Source: Vulcanimicrobiota bacterium (GTDB lineage Bacteria > Vulcanimicrobiota > Vulcanimicrobiia > Eremiobacterales > Eremiobacteraceae). From it: a DNA stretch of 64,000 nucleotides. Where the stretch lies: positions 448,001-512,000 of the forward strand of contig CAWDVP010000002.1 of the NCBI GenBank assembly GCA_963805945.1, in the 5' to 3' direction. Positions 21,917 to 33,138 of the stretch are shown piece by piece. A program made the translations under genes and the position numbers. The notes beneath the pieces are model-generated. The model did no database searches, was not told where the DNA came from, and saw only the letters and a list, made by a program, of their open reading frames with translations. How positions within the stretch are numbered: the first letter of the stretch is position 1; every line of letters begins with the position of its first letter.

Positions 21917-23377
21917 GCCGCCTGACGCTCGGACACTTCCTCAGCGCGTCGGGCGGCGGCTGGTGCGCGACGACGCCGCGACGGCGACGCCGACTTCTCG
22001 CCGAGCACGGACTCGCGCAGCCTGCGACGCCGGCGATGCGTTCGTCGCGCTGCGCGGGCCGAACTTCGACGGGCATGACTTCGTCCGCGCCGCGCTCCCG
22101 CGGGCGCCGGCGCGCTCGTGGTCGAGAAGCTCGACATGGTGCCGGCCGGTTGCGCCGTGCCGGTCGTCGTCGTCGCAGATACGAAGGAAGCGTATCTGGC
22201 GGGGCCGCAGCCGCGCGACGCCTCGCGACCCGCACGCACGTGGTCGCGGTCACCGGCAGCAACGGCAAGACGACGACGAAGGCGATGGCGGCTGCAGCTC
22301 ATCGGCAAGTTCCGCCGCGTCGTGGTCGGCACGCCGCAGAACGAGAACAACGAGCTCGGCGTGGCCAAGCTGTGCTACGCGTCTGGGCGACGATTCCGTC
22401 GAGGTCGCGATCGTCGAGTTCGGCGCGCGTCACCCGGGCGAGATCGAGGAGCTGGTCGCGATCGCCGCACCGGATGTCGGCATGCTTGACAACATCGGCG
22501 AGGCGCATCTCGAGTACTTCACCGACCGCCGAGCTCGCGCGCACGAAGTTCGCGCTGTTCGAGCAGGGCGCGCGCGCCGTCTGCAACGCCGCCGACGAAT
22601 GGACGCGCATGCTCGCGGCGAGGCCGGCATCGACGCGCGCGCGCTGTGGGCCGGCTGTGCGGCGATGCGGACGTCCCCGGGCTCGTGATCGAAGCGGGTG
22701 AGCCGAACGGCGGCACGGGTCGCGCGATCTCGCTCGGCGCCTCGCATGCGTTTGCCGCCTGGCATCTGCTGGGCGAACACCATCTGCGCGACGCGCTGCT
22801 CGCCGCCGGCGCGGCGCTGCAATGCGGGCTGAATTCGATGAGGCCATTGACGGTTTCGGCGACCTGCATCTGCCGCCAGGGCGCTTCGAATCGCATGCGG
22901 CGCCGGGCGGCGCCACGATCGTCTACGACGCGTACAACGCGAGCCCCACATCCATGCGCCATTCCTTGCTGCGCACTTCGCCGCGATTCCCGCGCGCCGC
23001 CGCATCGCGGTGCTCGGGCAGCATGGCAGAGCTCGGCGAAGGCGCGGCAGCCGCGCACAAAGCGACCGGTGCGGAGCGGCGCAGGCCGGAATCGACGAGC
23101 TGTACTGCGGCGGCGAGCGTGCACAGGCGCTGGCGGCCGGCGCGATCGCGCGCGGGCATGTCCGCGCACGCGGTCCTCACCTATCTGACGAATGAGGAGA
23201 TCGCCGCAACGCTGCGCGCGCGCTTGCGCGAAGGCGACGCGTGCTGCTCAAAGGCTCGCGCGTGCAGCGATGGAGGAGATCCTGGAGGCGTGCTCATCGA
23301 GTGGCCTATGGAGCGGCCTATGGAGCGGTCGACTTCAGTCGACCGTCCGAATGGTGACGCCGCAGACGGTCGAATAG
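21913..23377 (+). CDS. murF: UDP-MurNAc-pentapeptide synthetase (apparent frameshifts; 3' end uncertain)
   Basis: FVALRGPNFDGHDF, VAVTGSNGKTTTK, ENNELGV, NIGEAHLEYF, YDAYNASPTSM, MAELGE, LLKGSR. Confidence 0.92.
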
Positions 23378-23419
23378 ATTCGACCGCTGCATCTCATCGA
23401 ATACATTCGACCGCTACAT
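23303..23419. repeat. Cluster of three family B REPs (one forward, two inverted) with an upstream 12-bp tandem duplication
   Basis: gcctatggagcg twice; atggag cggtcgact tc agtcgaccg (23320-23345); cggtcgaat ag attcgaccg ctgcat (23367-23392); tcgaatacattcgaccgctacat (to 23419). Confidence 0.85.
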
Positions 23420-23427
23420 CGTTCACG

Positions 23428-24128
23428 GTGCGGGCGCCGGAACTGCCGGCGCGCATCCCGCGTTCCCATCCGCACCGCTCGTGATCGTTCCGGAGAAGAT
23501 CTTGCCGCGGTGGTCGCCGCTGCGTGCGCGGCATCAGCCCGCCGGACGACGTCGTATGCGTCTCGGAGACGGTCGGTGGCGATCGCGCAAGGCCGCTCGA
23601 TCCCCGCAGAGTCGATCCGGCCGAGCGGCTCGCCGACATGCTCGCAGAGCGTGCCGGGTCGTATGCCACGATGAATCAGCCCGAGTCCATGCAGCTCGTG
23701 CATCGAGAACGTCGGCGACGCTCAAGGTGCTGGCGGCTGCAGCCGCCGGCGCTGGCCGGTCGCCTCGTCGGCCGGCGCGGCGATTTCTATCGCGTCCTCG
23801 GACCGGCCGTGGCGGAGATCGACGGCTATACCGGCACGATGCCGCCGTACGAGCGCCACATCGTCCTCGGCCCGCGCGAGACCGGACACGGCCGCCGCAG
23901 CACGATCGCGCAGGCATGCGGCGCGCACGCCGCGGTGGTGGACGCGAACGATCTCAGGAAGGTCGAAGGTGCTCGGCGCAAGCGCAGCGGGTCGGACGCG
24001 CGATGCCGTGCGGCGAGTGCCTGCGCCACAATCCGCCGGCAACAGCGACCAGCAGACGCCGGTGGTCGTGCTTTTGAAATACCGCCCGGCCGGCGGCGCG
24101 CCCGCGCAGTCGCCGTTGTCGCGCATGA
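23428..24128 (+). CDS. Coenzyme F420-0:gamma-glutamyl ligase (CofE)-like protein within the mur operon (apparent frameshifts)
   Basis: Fragments DDVVCVSETV-VAIAQGR, MNQPESMQLV, GRRGDFYRVLGPAVAEIDGYTGTMPPY, AVVDANDL, NP-AGNSDQQTP resemble the F420_ligase family by recall; boundaries approximate. Confidence 0.75.
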
Positions 24129-25100
24129 TGTCTGGATGCGCAGATCATCCTCGGGTTCGCCATCGGCGGCGTCGTCGCCGCGGTGGTGGTCCCCGCCACC
24201 ATCGGCTGGCAGCGCCGCCGCGATGCTCGGCCAGCATGATCTACGAAGACGGGCCGTCAGTCGCATGGCGTGAAACAGGGCACGCCGACGATGGGCGGCA
24301 TCGCGTTCGTCGGCGGCGGCGGCGATCGGTTCGCGCTGGGCGGCGCCTCTCGCGCAGTCGAGCACGATTGCCTCATGCTGATGCTCGTCGTGTGCGCGGG
24401 CGCGATCGGCTTCGCCGACGACTATCTCAAACTGTCCTGCGCCGCCCCCTCGGGCTGCGCGCGCGCTGGAAGTTCTTGCTGCTCTTCGTGCTCGCCGCGG
24501 GCTTCGTGGCGTACGAGGCCCAGGCGGACCCGCACCATTTCACGTCGCTGTGGTTCACCGGCTGGGTGACGCTGGCGCCGTGGCTGTGGGCGCTCCTCGC
24601 CGTCTCGCGATCGTCGGGCGCCGCCAACGCGGTGAACCTCACCGACGGGCTCGACGGGCTCGCCGCCGGCACGGCGATCCCCGCCGCTGCTGCTGCTCGG
24701 CTTCATGGCGCCGAGCACGCTCGCGGTGGCGGTCGTCGGAGCCGCGACGGGCTTCCTCTACTTCAACACGCATCCGGCGCGCATCTTCATGGGCGACACC
24801 GGCTCGCTCGCGCTCGGCGCACTGCTCGGCGGGCTGGCGATCCAGATGGACTGGCTGCTGCTGCTCGCCGGTGCTCGGCATCGTCTTCGTGGCGGAGGCG
24901 CTCTCGGTGATGGCGCAAGTGCTCGAGCTTCAAGCTCACGGGCAAGCGCATCTTCCGCATGACGCCGCTCCATCACCACTTCGAGATGCTCGGTTGGCCC
25001 GAGACAACGCGTCACGCTCGTCTTCATCCTTGCGTCCGCCGCCGCGAGTTTCATCACGTTCTTCGGCTTGCTGCTCGCGCTCACGCGAGGCCATCACTGA
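24125..25100 (+). CDS. mraY: Phospho-N-acetylmuramoyl-pentapeptide transferase (apparent frameshifts)
   Basis: [68 protein letters not shown]. Confidence 0.95.
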
Positions 25101-25103
25101 CAG

Positions 25104-26513
25104 ATGCCGAACGACGCTGCAGTGATGTTCCACGACGGCGACCGGGCGCTGGTGATCGGCGTCGGCCGCAGCGGCATGGCCACGGCGGCTGTGCTGCGCT
25201 ACCGCGGTCTTTCCGTCACCGCGTACGACGACAAAGCGCCGGATCGAGCTCACGTGCGCAGCGCGCCGACCTCGCGCGCATCAGAGTGGAACTCGTCGGC
25301 CCCGAAGCCCTGCGCCGCGCTTCCGAGGGCGCGAGCACGCCATCCTCTCGCCGGGCGTGCCGCTTCAACAGTCCGGCGGTGCTCGAGGTCCAGCGTGCCG
25401 GCGTCCAGGTGATCTCCGAGATCGAAGCCGCCTATCGCATCGCGCAAGGCGCCGATCATCGCCATCACCGGCAGCAAGGGCAAATCGACGACCACCGCGC
25501 TCATCGGCCATCTGCTGCGCGCGGCCGGCATTCCGAGCGCGCGTCGGCGGCAACATCGGCAATCCGCTCATCCTCGAGACAGCCGCCGCTGCGGCCGACG
25601 AGTGGGTCGTCGCCGAGGTCTCGAGCTTCCAGCTCGAAGGCATCTCCACGTTCCGCCCGCGCATGAGCGCGCTGCTCAACCTCACCCCGGATCACCTCGA
25701 TCGCTACCCTTCATGGAAGAGTACCGCGAAGCCAAGTATCGCATCTTCGCCAATCAGAGGCGCGGGCGACGTGTTCATCGGCAACGCTGCGGACGAGCAT
25801 TCGCGGCGCCCTGCGCACGGGCGCCGGCCGGCACGGTCCCATGCCGGCGTTCTGGTTCGCCGCCGACGAACGGACCGCTGCTCGCGATGTCGCTGCCGAC
25901 GGGAACATCGTATGGCGCGCGACTAGGACGTGGCCGCCATCCCGCTCCTCGACGTCGCGGATCTGCGCATCCGCGGCGCGCATAACATCGCCAACGCCAT
26001 GGCCGCATCGCTTGCCGAGCTTGCTGGCGGGCGCGCAGCATCGAGGCGGTGCGCGAAGGGCCTGCGCTGCTTTGAGCCATGCCGCATCGTCTGCAGCTCG
26101 TCGCGGAGCACGCGCGGCACCTGGATCGACGACAGCAAAGCTCCAAATCCGGATGCGGTCGTCAAAGGCGCCTGCAGTCGTTCGACACCCCGATCATCCT
26201 CATCGCCGGCGGCACGCAGCAAGAAGACCGATTTCGCCGAGATGGCCGGCCGCGTCGCAGCGCGCGAAGCTGGTCGTGCTCATCGGCGAGAGCGCGCGCG
26301 AGATCGCGGCGCTCATCCAAGCGCCGAGCGTCGTTCGCGCAGAACATGGAGGAGGCGGTCGGACCGCGGCCGCAGAGCGCGCCGAGCCGGCGACGTCGTC
26401 CTGCTCTCGCCCGGCTGCGCTTCGTTCGACATGTTCGAGAGCGCCGAACAGCGCGGCGAGCGTTCGCCGAGCCGCGGTCGCGCAGCGCGTCAACGCCGGA
26501 GCGAGCCGCATGA
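25104..26513 (+). CDS. murD: UDP-MurNAc-L-Ala:D-Glu ligase (apparent frameshifts)
   Basis: [66 protein letters not shown]. Confidence 0.93.
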
Positions 26514-27738
26514 TGCAGCGCCGCGCGCCGGACGCGATCTTGCTCGTCATCACCGGCCTGCTCACCGCGGTCGGCGCGATCATGGTGTTCTCCGCCTCGT
26601 CGGTCGTCGGCATCACGCAGTACCACGACGCGGCGCATTTCTTCAAGCGCGAACTGCTGTGGATCGGGGTGGGCGCGCGCCGCCTGCTGGCTCGGCATGA
26701 AGCTCGACTACGGCGGAGCTGCGCCGCGCCGCGCCCTGGTTGTTCGGCGTCGCGGTCGTGCTGCTCGTCGGCGTGCTCTTCCCGCACATCGGCACCATGG
26801 AGGGCGGCGCGCGGCGCTGGTATGCGTTCGGCTCGTTCTCGTTCGAGCCGTCGGAGTTCGCCAAGCTGCGCCATCGTGCTGTTGCATCGCGCAAGCCTGG
26901 TCGCGCGATCGCGAAGATGGCGCGCGCGTTTCGCGCGATCGGTTTTCCCGCGCTCTTCTGGGTCGGCGTGTGCTTCATGCTCGTGCATGCGCCAGCCGGA
27001 CTTCGGCACGGCGACGCTCTTCTTGATGACCGCGTTCGTGATGCTGTTCGTCGGCGGTGCGCGGATCACGCATCTCTTCATCGACGCTCGCCGTCGCCGT
27101 GCCCGCGCTGCTCGCGTTCGTCTTTTCGAGCCAGTACCGGCGCGAACGCTTCACCGCGTTTTTCACCCGTGGCAGGATCCGCAAGGACGCGGCTACCACA
27201 TCCTCCAGTCGCTCTATGCGCTTGGATCGGGCGGCCTGTTCGGCGTCGGCCTGGGGCAGAGCCGCCAGAAGTTCGGCTATCTGCCCGAGCAGTACACCGA
27301 CTTCATCTTCTCGGTCATCGGCGAGGAGCTCGGGCTCATCGGCGCGGTCGCCGTGCTGGCCCTGTTCCTGCTGCTCGCGTATCGCGGGTTGCGCATCGCG
27401 ATGAAGGCCGAGGATCGCTTCGGCTTCTTCCTGGCGGTCGGCATCACCGCGCGATCGCGCTCCAGGCGTTCATCAATATCGGCGTCGTCACGTCGACGTG
27501 GCCGGTGACGGGCGTGCCGCTGCCGTTCATCAGCTACGGGGGCACGTCGCTGGTCATGAGCTTGTTCGGTGTCGGCCTGCTGGCCAGCATCTCGCGCGGT
27601 CGATCGCGGGCGGCGCTTGCCGCGGACGAACGGACGAGGGATCCACGCAGTGCGCATCCTGCTCACCGGCGGCGGCACGGGCGGTCATCTGTACCCCGCG
27701 CTGTCACTAGCACAGGCGCTCTCCGGCGCGCCCGCTGA
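26510..27738 (+). CDS. ftsW: SEDS peptidoglycan polymerase FtsW (apparent frameshifts; 3' end approximate)
   Basis: IMVFSAS, GARRW, EPSEFAK, QPDFGT, GYHILQSLYALGSGG, YLPEQYTDFIF, TGVPLPFISYGGTS. Confidence 0.94.
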
Positions 27739-28845
27739 CCCTGGGGTCTGCGACCCGAACGACGAGCCGCGATTGGGTTTTCCCAACGACGCACATCAGC
27801 TGATGTTCGTGGGGACGCGCGGCGGCATGGAAAAGGCCATCGTCGAGCGAGCGCATCTCGCCGCTGCGTACGTGCGCAGCCGGCCGTTGTCGCGGACCTC
27901 GTTCGCCGCCGCCGCGAGCGGGCTTGCCGCCAACGTCGTCGGCACGGCGAGGCGATGCCCATCGTCCGGAAGTTCAAGCCCGAAGTCGATCATCGCCACC
28001 GGCGGCTACGCGAGCGTGCCCGTGGTGATGGCCGCGGCCGCGCTGCGCGCGTCGGGCGCGCTGCGCGCCAAGATCGTGCTCATCGAACCCAACGTCGAGC
28101 CGGGCCTCGCCAATCGCCTCATGGCCGCGCCGCCGACGAGGTGTGGGGAGCCTATCCGAAGAGACGGCCGCGTTCTTTCGGCCGCAAGTTCGTCGCCACG
28201 GGCATCCCGGTGCGGCCGGAGATCTACGCGCCGGCCCGACCCAGGTCGAAGCGCGGCGCAGCCTCGGGCTGGATCCCGGAAGCTCACCACCGTCATCGTG
28301 TTCGGCGGCAGCCAGGGCGCGCGCCAGATCAACGTCGCGGTGAGCGGCATGGTGGCGCGGCGCCGCCTGCCCGCGGCCTGGCAGGTCTTGCACATCACAG
28401 GTGAGCGCGATTACAGTGGATGGCGACCGAGCGCAAGGTCGAGGCGAACGCCAACCGCTACCAGCTGGTGCAGTACCAGGACAAAATGGAGCTAGCCTAC
28501 GCGGCGGCAGATGTGGCCGTCTGCCGAGCCGGCGCCTCGACCCTGGCCGAGCTGGCCGTGGTCGGCCTGCCCTCTATCCTCATGCCCTACCCGCACGCCG
28601 CCGACGACCACCAGCGCAAGAACGCCGACGTCTTCGTGCGCCACAACGCGGCGGTGCTCGTCGAGGACGCCAAGCTCGACGCCGACTCGCTCTACTGGGC
28701 GCTCACCGGGGTGCTCGAGGCCGACAAACTGGCGGCGATGCGCTTCGGCGCGGTGTCGCTGTCGCATCCGCGCGCGTTGCAGACGATGATCGAGCGGATC
28801 ATCAAAGGGCAGATCGGTGTGACCCACGTGACAAAGCATGCGTAG
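27650..28845 (+). CDS. murG: Lipid I GlcNAc transferase (apparent frameshifts)
   Basis: MRILLTGGGTGGHLYP, ATGGYASVP, EPNVEPGLANR, FGGSQGA, CRAGASTLAEL, DHQRKNA. Confidence 0.95.
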
Positions 28846-28894
28846 TGCCACCGAAGGGGGCGGATGCTGGGACACCTAAACAAGTCCACCTGAA

Positions 28895-30314
28895 ATGATT
28901 TCGTACAAACACGTCCATTTCGTCGGTATCGGCGGCGTCGGCATGAGCGCCATAGCGCGCGTGCTGCTCGCCATGGGCATCGCGCGTGTCCGGCTCCGAC
29001 CTCAAGACCACCAACACGCTCGAGAAGCTGCGTCTGCTCGGCGCGCGCGTCCATCTCGGCCACGGCTCGGGCAACATCAAGGGCGCCGACGCGGTGGTCA
29101 TCTCCTCCGCCATCCCGCTCGACAACCCCGAGGTCGTCGCCGCGCAGCGCGCGCACGTGCCGGTGCTGCAGCGCGCCGAGATGCTCGCGCAGATCATGGC
29201 CGACAAGCGTTCGGTGGCGGTGTCGGGCACGCACGGCAAGACCACCACGACCTCGATGATCTCGCTCGTGCTCGACGCGGGCGGCTTCGAGTCGACCGTG
29301 CTCATCGGCGGCGAGGTGAACGATCTCGGCGCCAACGCGCGGCTCGGCAGCGGCGACGTCGTCGTCGCGGAAGCCGACGAGAGCGACGCGTCGTTCCTGC
29401 GGCTCACGCCCACCTATGCTGTCGTCACCAATATCGAGAACGATCATCTCGGCTACTATCGCGATCTCGAACATCTCATCGAGACGTTCTCGCTTTTCAT
29501 CAACCGCGTGCCGCCGCATGGCTGCATCATCGCGTCGGCCGACTGCAAAGCGGTCGGCGAGCTCATCCGGCGCTTCCACGAATCCCCCAAACTGCTCGGC
29601 GATCCCGCCGTCATCACCGCCGGCTTCGCGTCTGCGGCGACGGTGCGCGCCGACGACGTCCGCCTGGCCGATTTCGGCTCGCGCTTCGCGGCGTATTACC
29701 GCGATGAGCCGCTCGGCGACCTGGCCCTACGCGTGCCGGGGCGCATCAACGTGCACAACGCGCTGTGCGCGCTCGCCGTCGGGCTGCAGTTCGGCGTGCC
29801 GTTCGAGAAGATCGCGCACGCGCTCGGCCGCTTCCGCGGCGTCGCGCGGCGCTTCCAGATACTGTACGACGGCGACGCGCTCAAGATCGTCGACGACTAC
29901 GCGCACCACCCGACCGCGGTCGAAGAGACGATCGCGGCGGCGCGGGCGTATTGGCCCGGGCACATCGTCGTCGCGTTCCAGCCGCATCGCTACAGCCGCA
30001 CCGCATACCTGTTCCGCGACTTCGCGCACGCGCTGCTCGGCGCCGACGAGATCATCGTCACCGACATCTACGCGGCAGGCGAAGTGCCGCTGCCGGGCGT
30101 GCGCGCCGAATCGATCGTCGAGTGCGTCCGCGATCTCAACGCCGCGAAGAAGGTGACGTACCTGCCCAAGCCCGCGGACGTGCTCGCGTACCTGCAGCGG
30201 ACCGTCGGCTCGGGCGATCTCGCGCTCACCCTCGGCGCCGGCGACATCGGCGGCGTCGCGCACGAGCTGGCGGCGTCGCTTTCGGCCGCGGACGCCGGCG
30301 TCGGTTCAGTGTGA
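28895..30314 (+). CDS. murC: UDP-MurNAc:L-Ala ligase (one apparent frameshift near 28985)
   Basis: HVHFVGIGGVGMSAIA, GTHGKTTTTSM, EADESDASF, DDYAHHPT, FQPHRYSRT. Confidence 0.96.
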
Positions 30315-30324
30315 GGCGCGCGCG

Positions 30325-31245
30325 TTGAGCAGCTTGACCCCGCACGCCGGCTTCGAATTGAACGACGCGCAGCGCGACCTGCTCAAGGCGACGCTCGGCA
30401 AGAGCATCGAATTCGACGTGCCGCTGGCGCCCAAGACGTCGATGCGAGTCGGCGGACCGGCGGCGGCGTATGCCGAGGTCGGCGCCATCGTCAACCTGGC
30501 GGCCGGCTTGAGCTTGTGCGAACTCGAGAAGATCCCATGGACGATCATCGGCTTCGGCAGCAACCTGCTGGTGAGCGACGCGGGCTTTCCCGGCTTGGTC
30601 GTGCGGCTCGTCGGCGATTTCACCAAAGTGACGATCAACGGCTCGATGGTGCGGGCCGGCGGCGCGACGCCGATGGTCTCGCTGTGCCGCGAGGCCGCGC
30701 TCGCGGGTCTTGCCGGCACGGAGGCGCTGGTCGGAATCCCCGGCACGGTCGGCGGCGCGGTGCGCATGAACGCCGGCACGGACGTCGAGTTCGGCGACAT
30801 CATCAAACGCGTCGAAGTGCTCGTCGCGGGCGAGCCGATGCAGGGCTTCACGCTGCCGGAGTTCGCATACCGCCGCTCCTCGCTCGACCGGCGGGCGGTC
30901 GTCACCGCTGCCGAGCTCGAGCTGCACCCTGGCGACACCTCCGAGCTGCAGGCGGAACTGAAGCGCCGCATCGCGCACCGCAACAAGACGCAGCCGCTGG
31001 ACCTGCCCAACTCGGGCAGCATCTTCCGCAATCCAGAAGGTGACTATGCCGCCCGGCTCATCGAGAGCGCCGACTGCAAGGGCCTGACGATCGGCGGCGC
31101 GCAGGTCTCGGAAAAGCACGCCAACTTCATCGTCAACCGAGGCGGCGCCACGTGCGCGGACGTGCTGGCCTTGATCGAGCAAGTACGGGAGGCTGTCAAG
31201 CAGCGCCACGGCGTCGAGTTGGAGCTCGAGGTCCACGTCCTCTAA
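30325..31245 (+). CDS. murB: UDP-N-acetylenolpyruvoylglucosamine reductase
   Basis: GFGSNLLV, GIPGTVGGAVRMNAG, QPLDLPNSGSIFRNP, VSEKHANFIVN. Confidence 0.96.
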   Translation: MSSLTPHAGFELNDAQRDLLKATLGKSIEFDVPLAPKTSMRVGGPAAAYAEVGAIVNLAAGLSLCELEKIPWTIIGFGSNLLVSDAGFPGLVVRLVGDFTKVTINGSMVRAGGATPMVSLCREAALAGLAGTEALVGIPGTVGGAVRMNAGTDVEFGDIIKRVEVLVAGEPMQGFTLPEFAYRRSSLDRRAVVTAAELELHPGDTSELQAELKRRIAHRNKTQPLDLPNSGSIFRNPEGDYAARLIESADCKGLTIGGAQVSEKHANFIVNRGGATCADVLALIEQVREAVKQRHGVELELEVHVL

Positions 31246-31266
31246 CGCCCCCTGTCCCGCAAGAGG

Positions 31267-32103
31267 ATGACGTTTCGTCGAGTCGGAAACGGACGGGCGT
31301 CGGGGTGCGATTACCGCATGCCCATCATGAGGAGGCTCTTCAACATGAGAAGCTGGTCCAAGCTTTTCTTAGTGGCGATTTTCGTCGTGGCATTGCGCGC
31401 TCCGGCCGGCGCAGTCACCTTCACGGCGACCATCAGCGCCGTGCCCACCACGTATAACGGCTCGTGCCCGGGCGCCATCAAGTTCACGGGCGGCGTGAGC
31501 GCGTTCAACTGGGCTGCTGGCGAGAAGAAAGAGATCCAGTATCAATGGATCCGCAGCGATAGTTCGAAGTCGACCATCAAGACGCTCGACTTCAGCGACG
31601 GCTCGAAATCCAAATCGGTCTCGACGACCTGGACGTTGGGCGGCCCCGGCACGCAGTACAAAGGCTACGAGACGCTCGCCGTGGTGTATCCGCGCTCGGG
31701 CATCTCGAACCAGGCGCATTTCACGCTGAACTGCACCGGCACCGCGGTCACGGTCGTGGTGATCCAGATGGCGACGCCGCCACCGGTCACCCTCAGCGCG
31801 ATGCTGCAGGCCCATCCGGTCTCGGCGCCCGGCCCGTGCCCGTTCCCGTTCCAGTTCTTCGGCAGCATCACGGCCGGTGCGTTTCCGGCGGGAGTGACGC
31901 CGGAAGTCGACTATCAGTTCGTGCGCAGCAGCGGCGAGAAGTCCGACGTGCACACGCTGACGTTCGACGCGGCCGGCGGGACCAAGAAGATCAGCGACGT
32001 ATGGAACAAACTGCTGGGCGGCAACGGCTGGGAAGAGGTGAAGATCCTTTCCCCGCATGATGCGACGTCCAACCAAGCTGCCGTACAGCTCAAGTGCAAC
32101 TAG
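31267..32103 (+). CDS. Secreted protein with two tandem Ig-like beta domains
   Basis: Signal peptide (likely start near MRSWSKLF); internal repeat GSCPGAIKF...YQWIRSD...SNQAHFTLNC vs GPCPFPFQF...YQFVRSS...SNQAAVQLKC. Confidence 0.75.
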   Translation: MTFRRVGNGRASGCDYRMPIMRRLFNMRSWSKLFLVAIFVVALRAPAGAVTFTATISAVPTTYNGSCPGAIKFTGGVSAFNWAAGEKKEIQYQWIRSDSSKSTIKTLDFSDGSKSKSVSTTWTLGGPGTQYKGYETLAVVYPRSGISNQAHFTLNCTGTAVTVVVIQMATPPPVTLSAMLQAHPVSAPGPCPFPFQFFGSITAGAFPAGVTPEVDYQFVRSSGEKSDVHTLTFDAAGGTKKISDVWNKLLGGNGWEEVKILSPHDATSNQAAVQLKCN

Positions 32104-32130
32104 ACTAAGAGAAAGCATACCAGTCACCGA

Positions 32131-32169
32131 AGATGGCGGAGCGATCGTGCGGCGATCGCGCCGCCATCT
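32131..32169. other. Strong intergenic hairpin upstream of ddl
   Basis: agatggcgg a gcgatcg tgcgg cgatcgc g ccgccatct; minus strand begins ATGCAG like the REPs. Confidence 0.55.
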
Positions 32170-32188
32170 GCATGTTCGGGAGGGCTCG

Positions 32189-33118
32189 TTGAGCAAGCCG
32201 AAGATCGCCGTTCTCATGGGCGGCGGCTCCGCGGAACGCGAGATCAGTCTGCTCACGGGCGCCGGCGTCGTCGGCGCGCTGAGCGGGCTCGGCTATCCCC
32301 ACGTGACGCTCGACTTCGACGCACGCCTCGTCGACGCGCTGCGCGAGCACGCGCCGGACGCCGTCTTCAACGCGCTCCACGGCGGTCAGGGCGAGAACGG
32401 CACGCTGCAGGCGATCCTCGAGTGGCTGCGCGTGCCGTATCAAGGCTCGGGTCCGCGCGCGTGCGCGGTCGCGATGGACAAATGGATCTCCAAAGCCCTC
32501 GCGCGCTTACACGGCATCCCCGTGCCGAACGGCGTGAAGCTCGACGTCGCAGCGGGCGAGGCGCGCGAGATCCCGAATCCACCCGGCCTGCCGTGCGTGG
32601 TGAAGCCGGCAGCCGAAGGGTCGGCCGTCGGCGTGAGCGTGGTCCATCTGCCGGAGCTGTGGTCCGAAGCGGTGCGCGCGGCGAGCGCCTTCGGCGCGCC
32701 GATCCTCGTCGAGGAGTACGTCGAAGGGCGCGAGTTCACGGCGGCGATCCTCGGCGACGAGCCGCTGCCGGTGGTCGAGATCGTGCCGCATGACGACTTT
32801 TACACCTACCATGCGAAGTACACGCCCGGCGCGAGCACGCATACCGTGCCCGCCGAGCTGCCGGAGCATCTCTCGCAGCGCATGCAAGAGCTCGCGCTGC
32901 GCTTCCACCGCGCGCTCGGCTGCCGGGACTACTCGCGGGTCGACATCTTGATGTCCGTGACCAATTCGCTGTACGTGCTCGAGTGCAACACGCTGCCCGG
33001 CCTCACGGCGACGAGTCTTTTCCCCGAGGCGGCGGCGGCGGCGGGCATCGGCTACGAGGCGCTGGTGGACACGCTCGTGCATGCGGCGCTCGCGCGCGCC
33101 GGCGCGGCCGCATCATGA
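32189..33118 (+). CDS. ddl: D-alanine--D-alanine ligase
   Basis: KIAVLMGGGSAEREISL, FNALHGGQGENG, VKPAAEGSAVG, YVLECNTLPGLT; TTG start after GGGAGGG. Confidence 0.96.
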   Translation: MSKPKIAVLMGGGSAEREISLLTGAGVVGALSGLGYPHVTLDFDARLVDALREHAPDAVFNALHGGQGENGTLQAILEWLRVPYQGSGPRACAVAMDKWISKALARLHGIPVPNGVKLDVAAGEAREIPNPPGLPCVVKPAAEGSAVGVSVVHLPELWSEAVRAASAFGAPILVEEYVEGREFTAAILGDEPLPVVEIVPHDDFYTYHAKYTPGASTHTVPAELPEHLSQRMQELALRFHRALGCRDYSRVDILMSVTNSLYVLECNTLPGLTATSLFPEAAAAAGIGYEALVDTLVHAALARAGAAAS

Positions 33119-33138
33119 CGCCGCGCGAAGAGATCTAG

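Noticed and set aside
23303..23419. Mini CRISPR array
   Set aside because: Units are in mixed orientation with irregular short spacers, match dispersed REPs, and no cas genes are present
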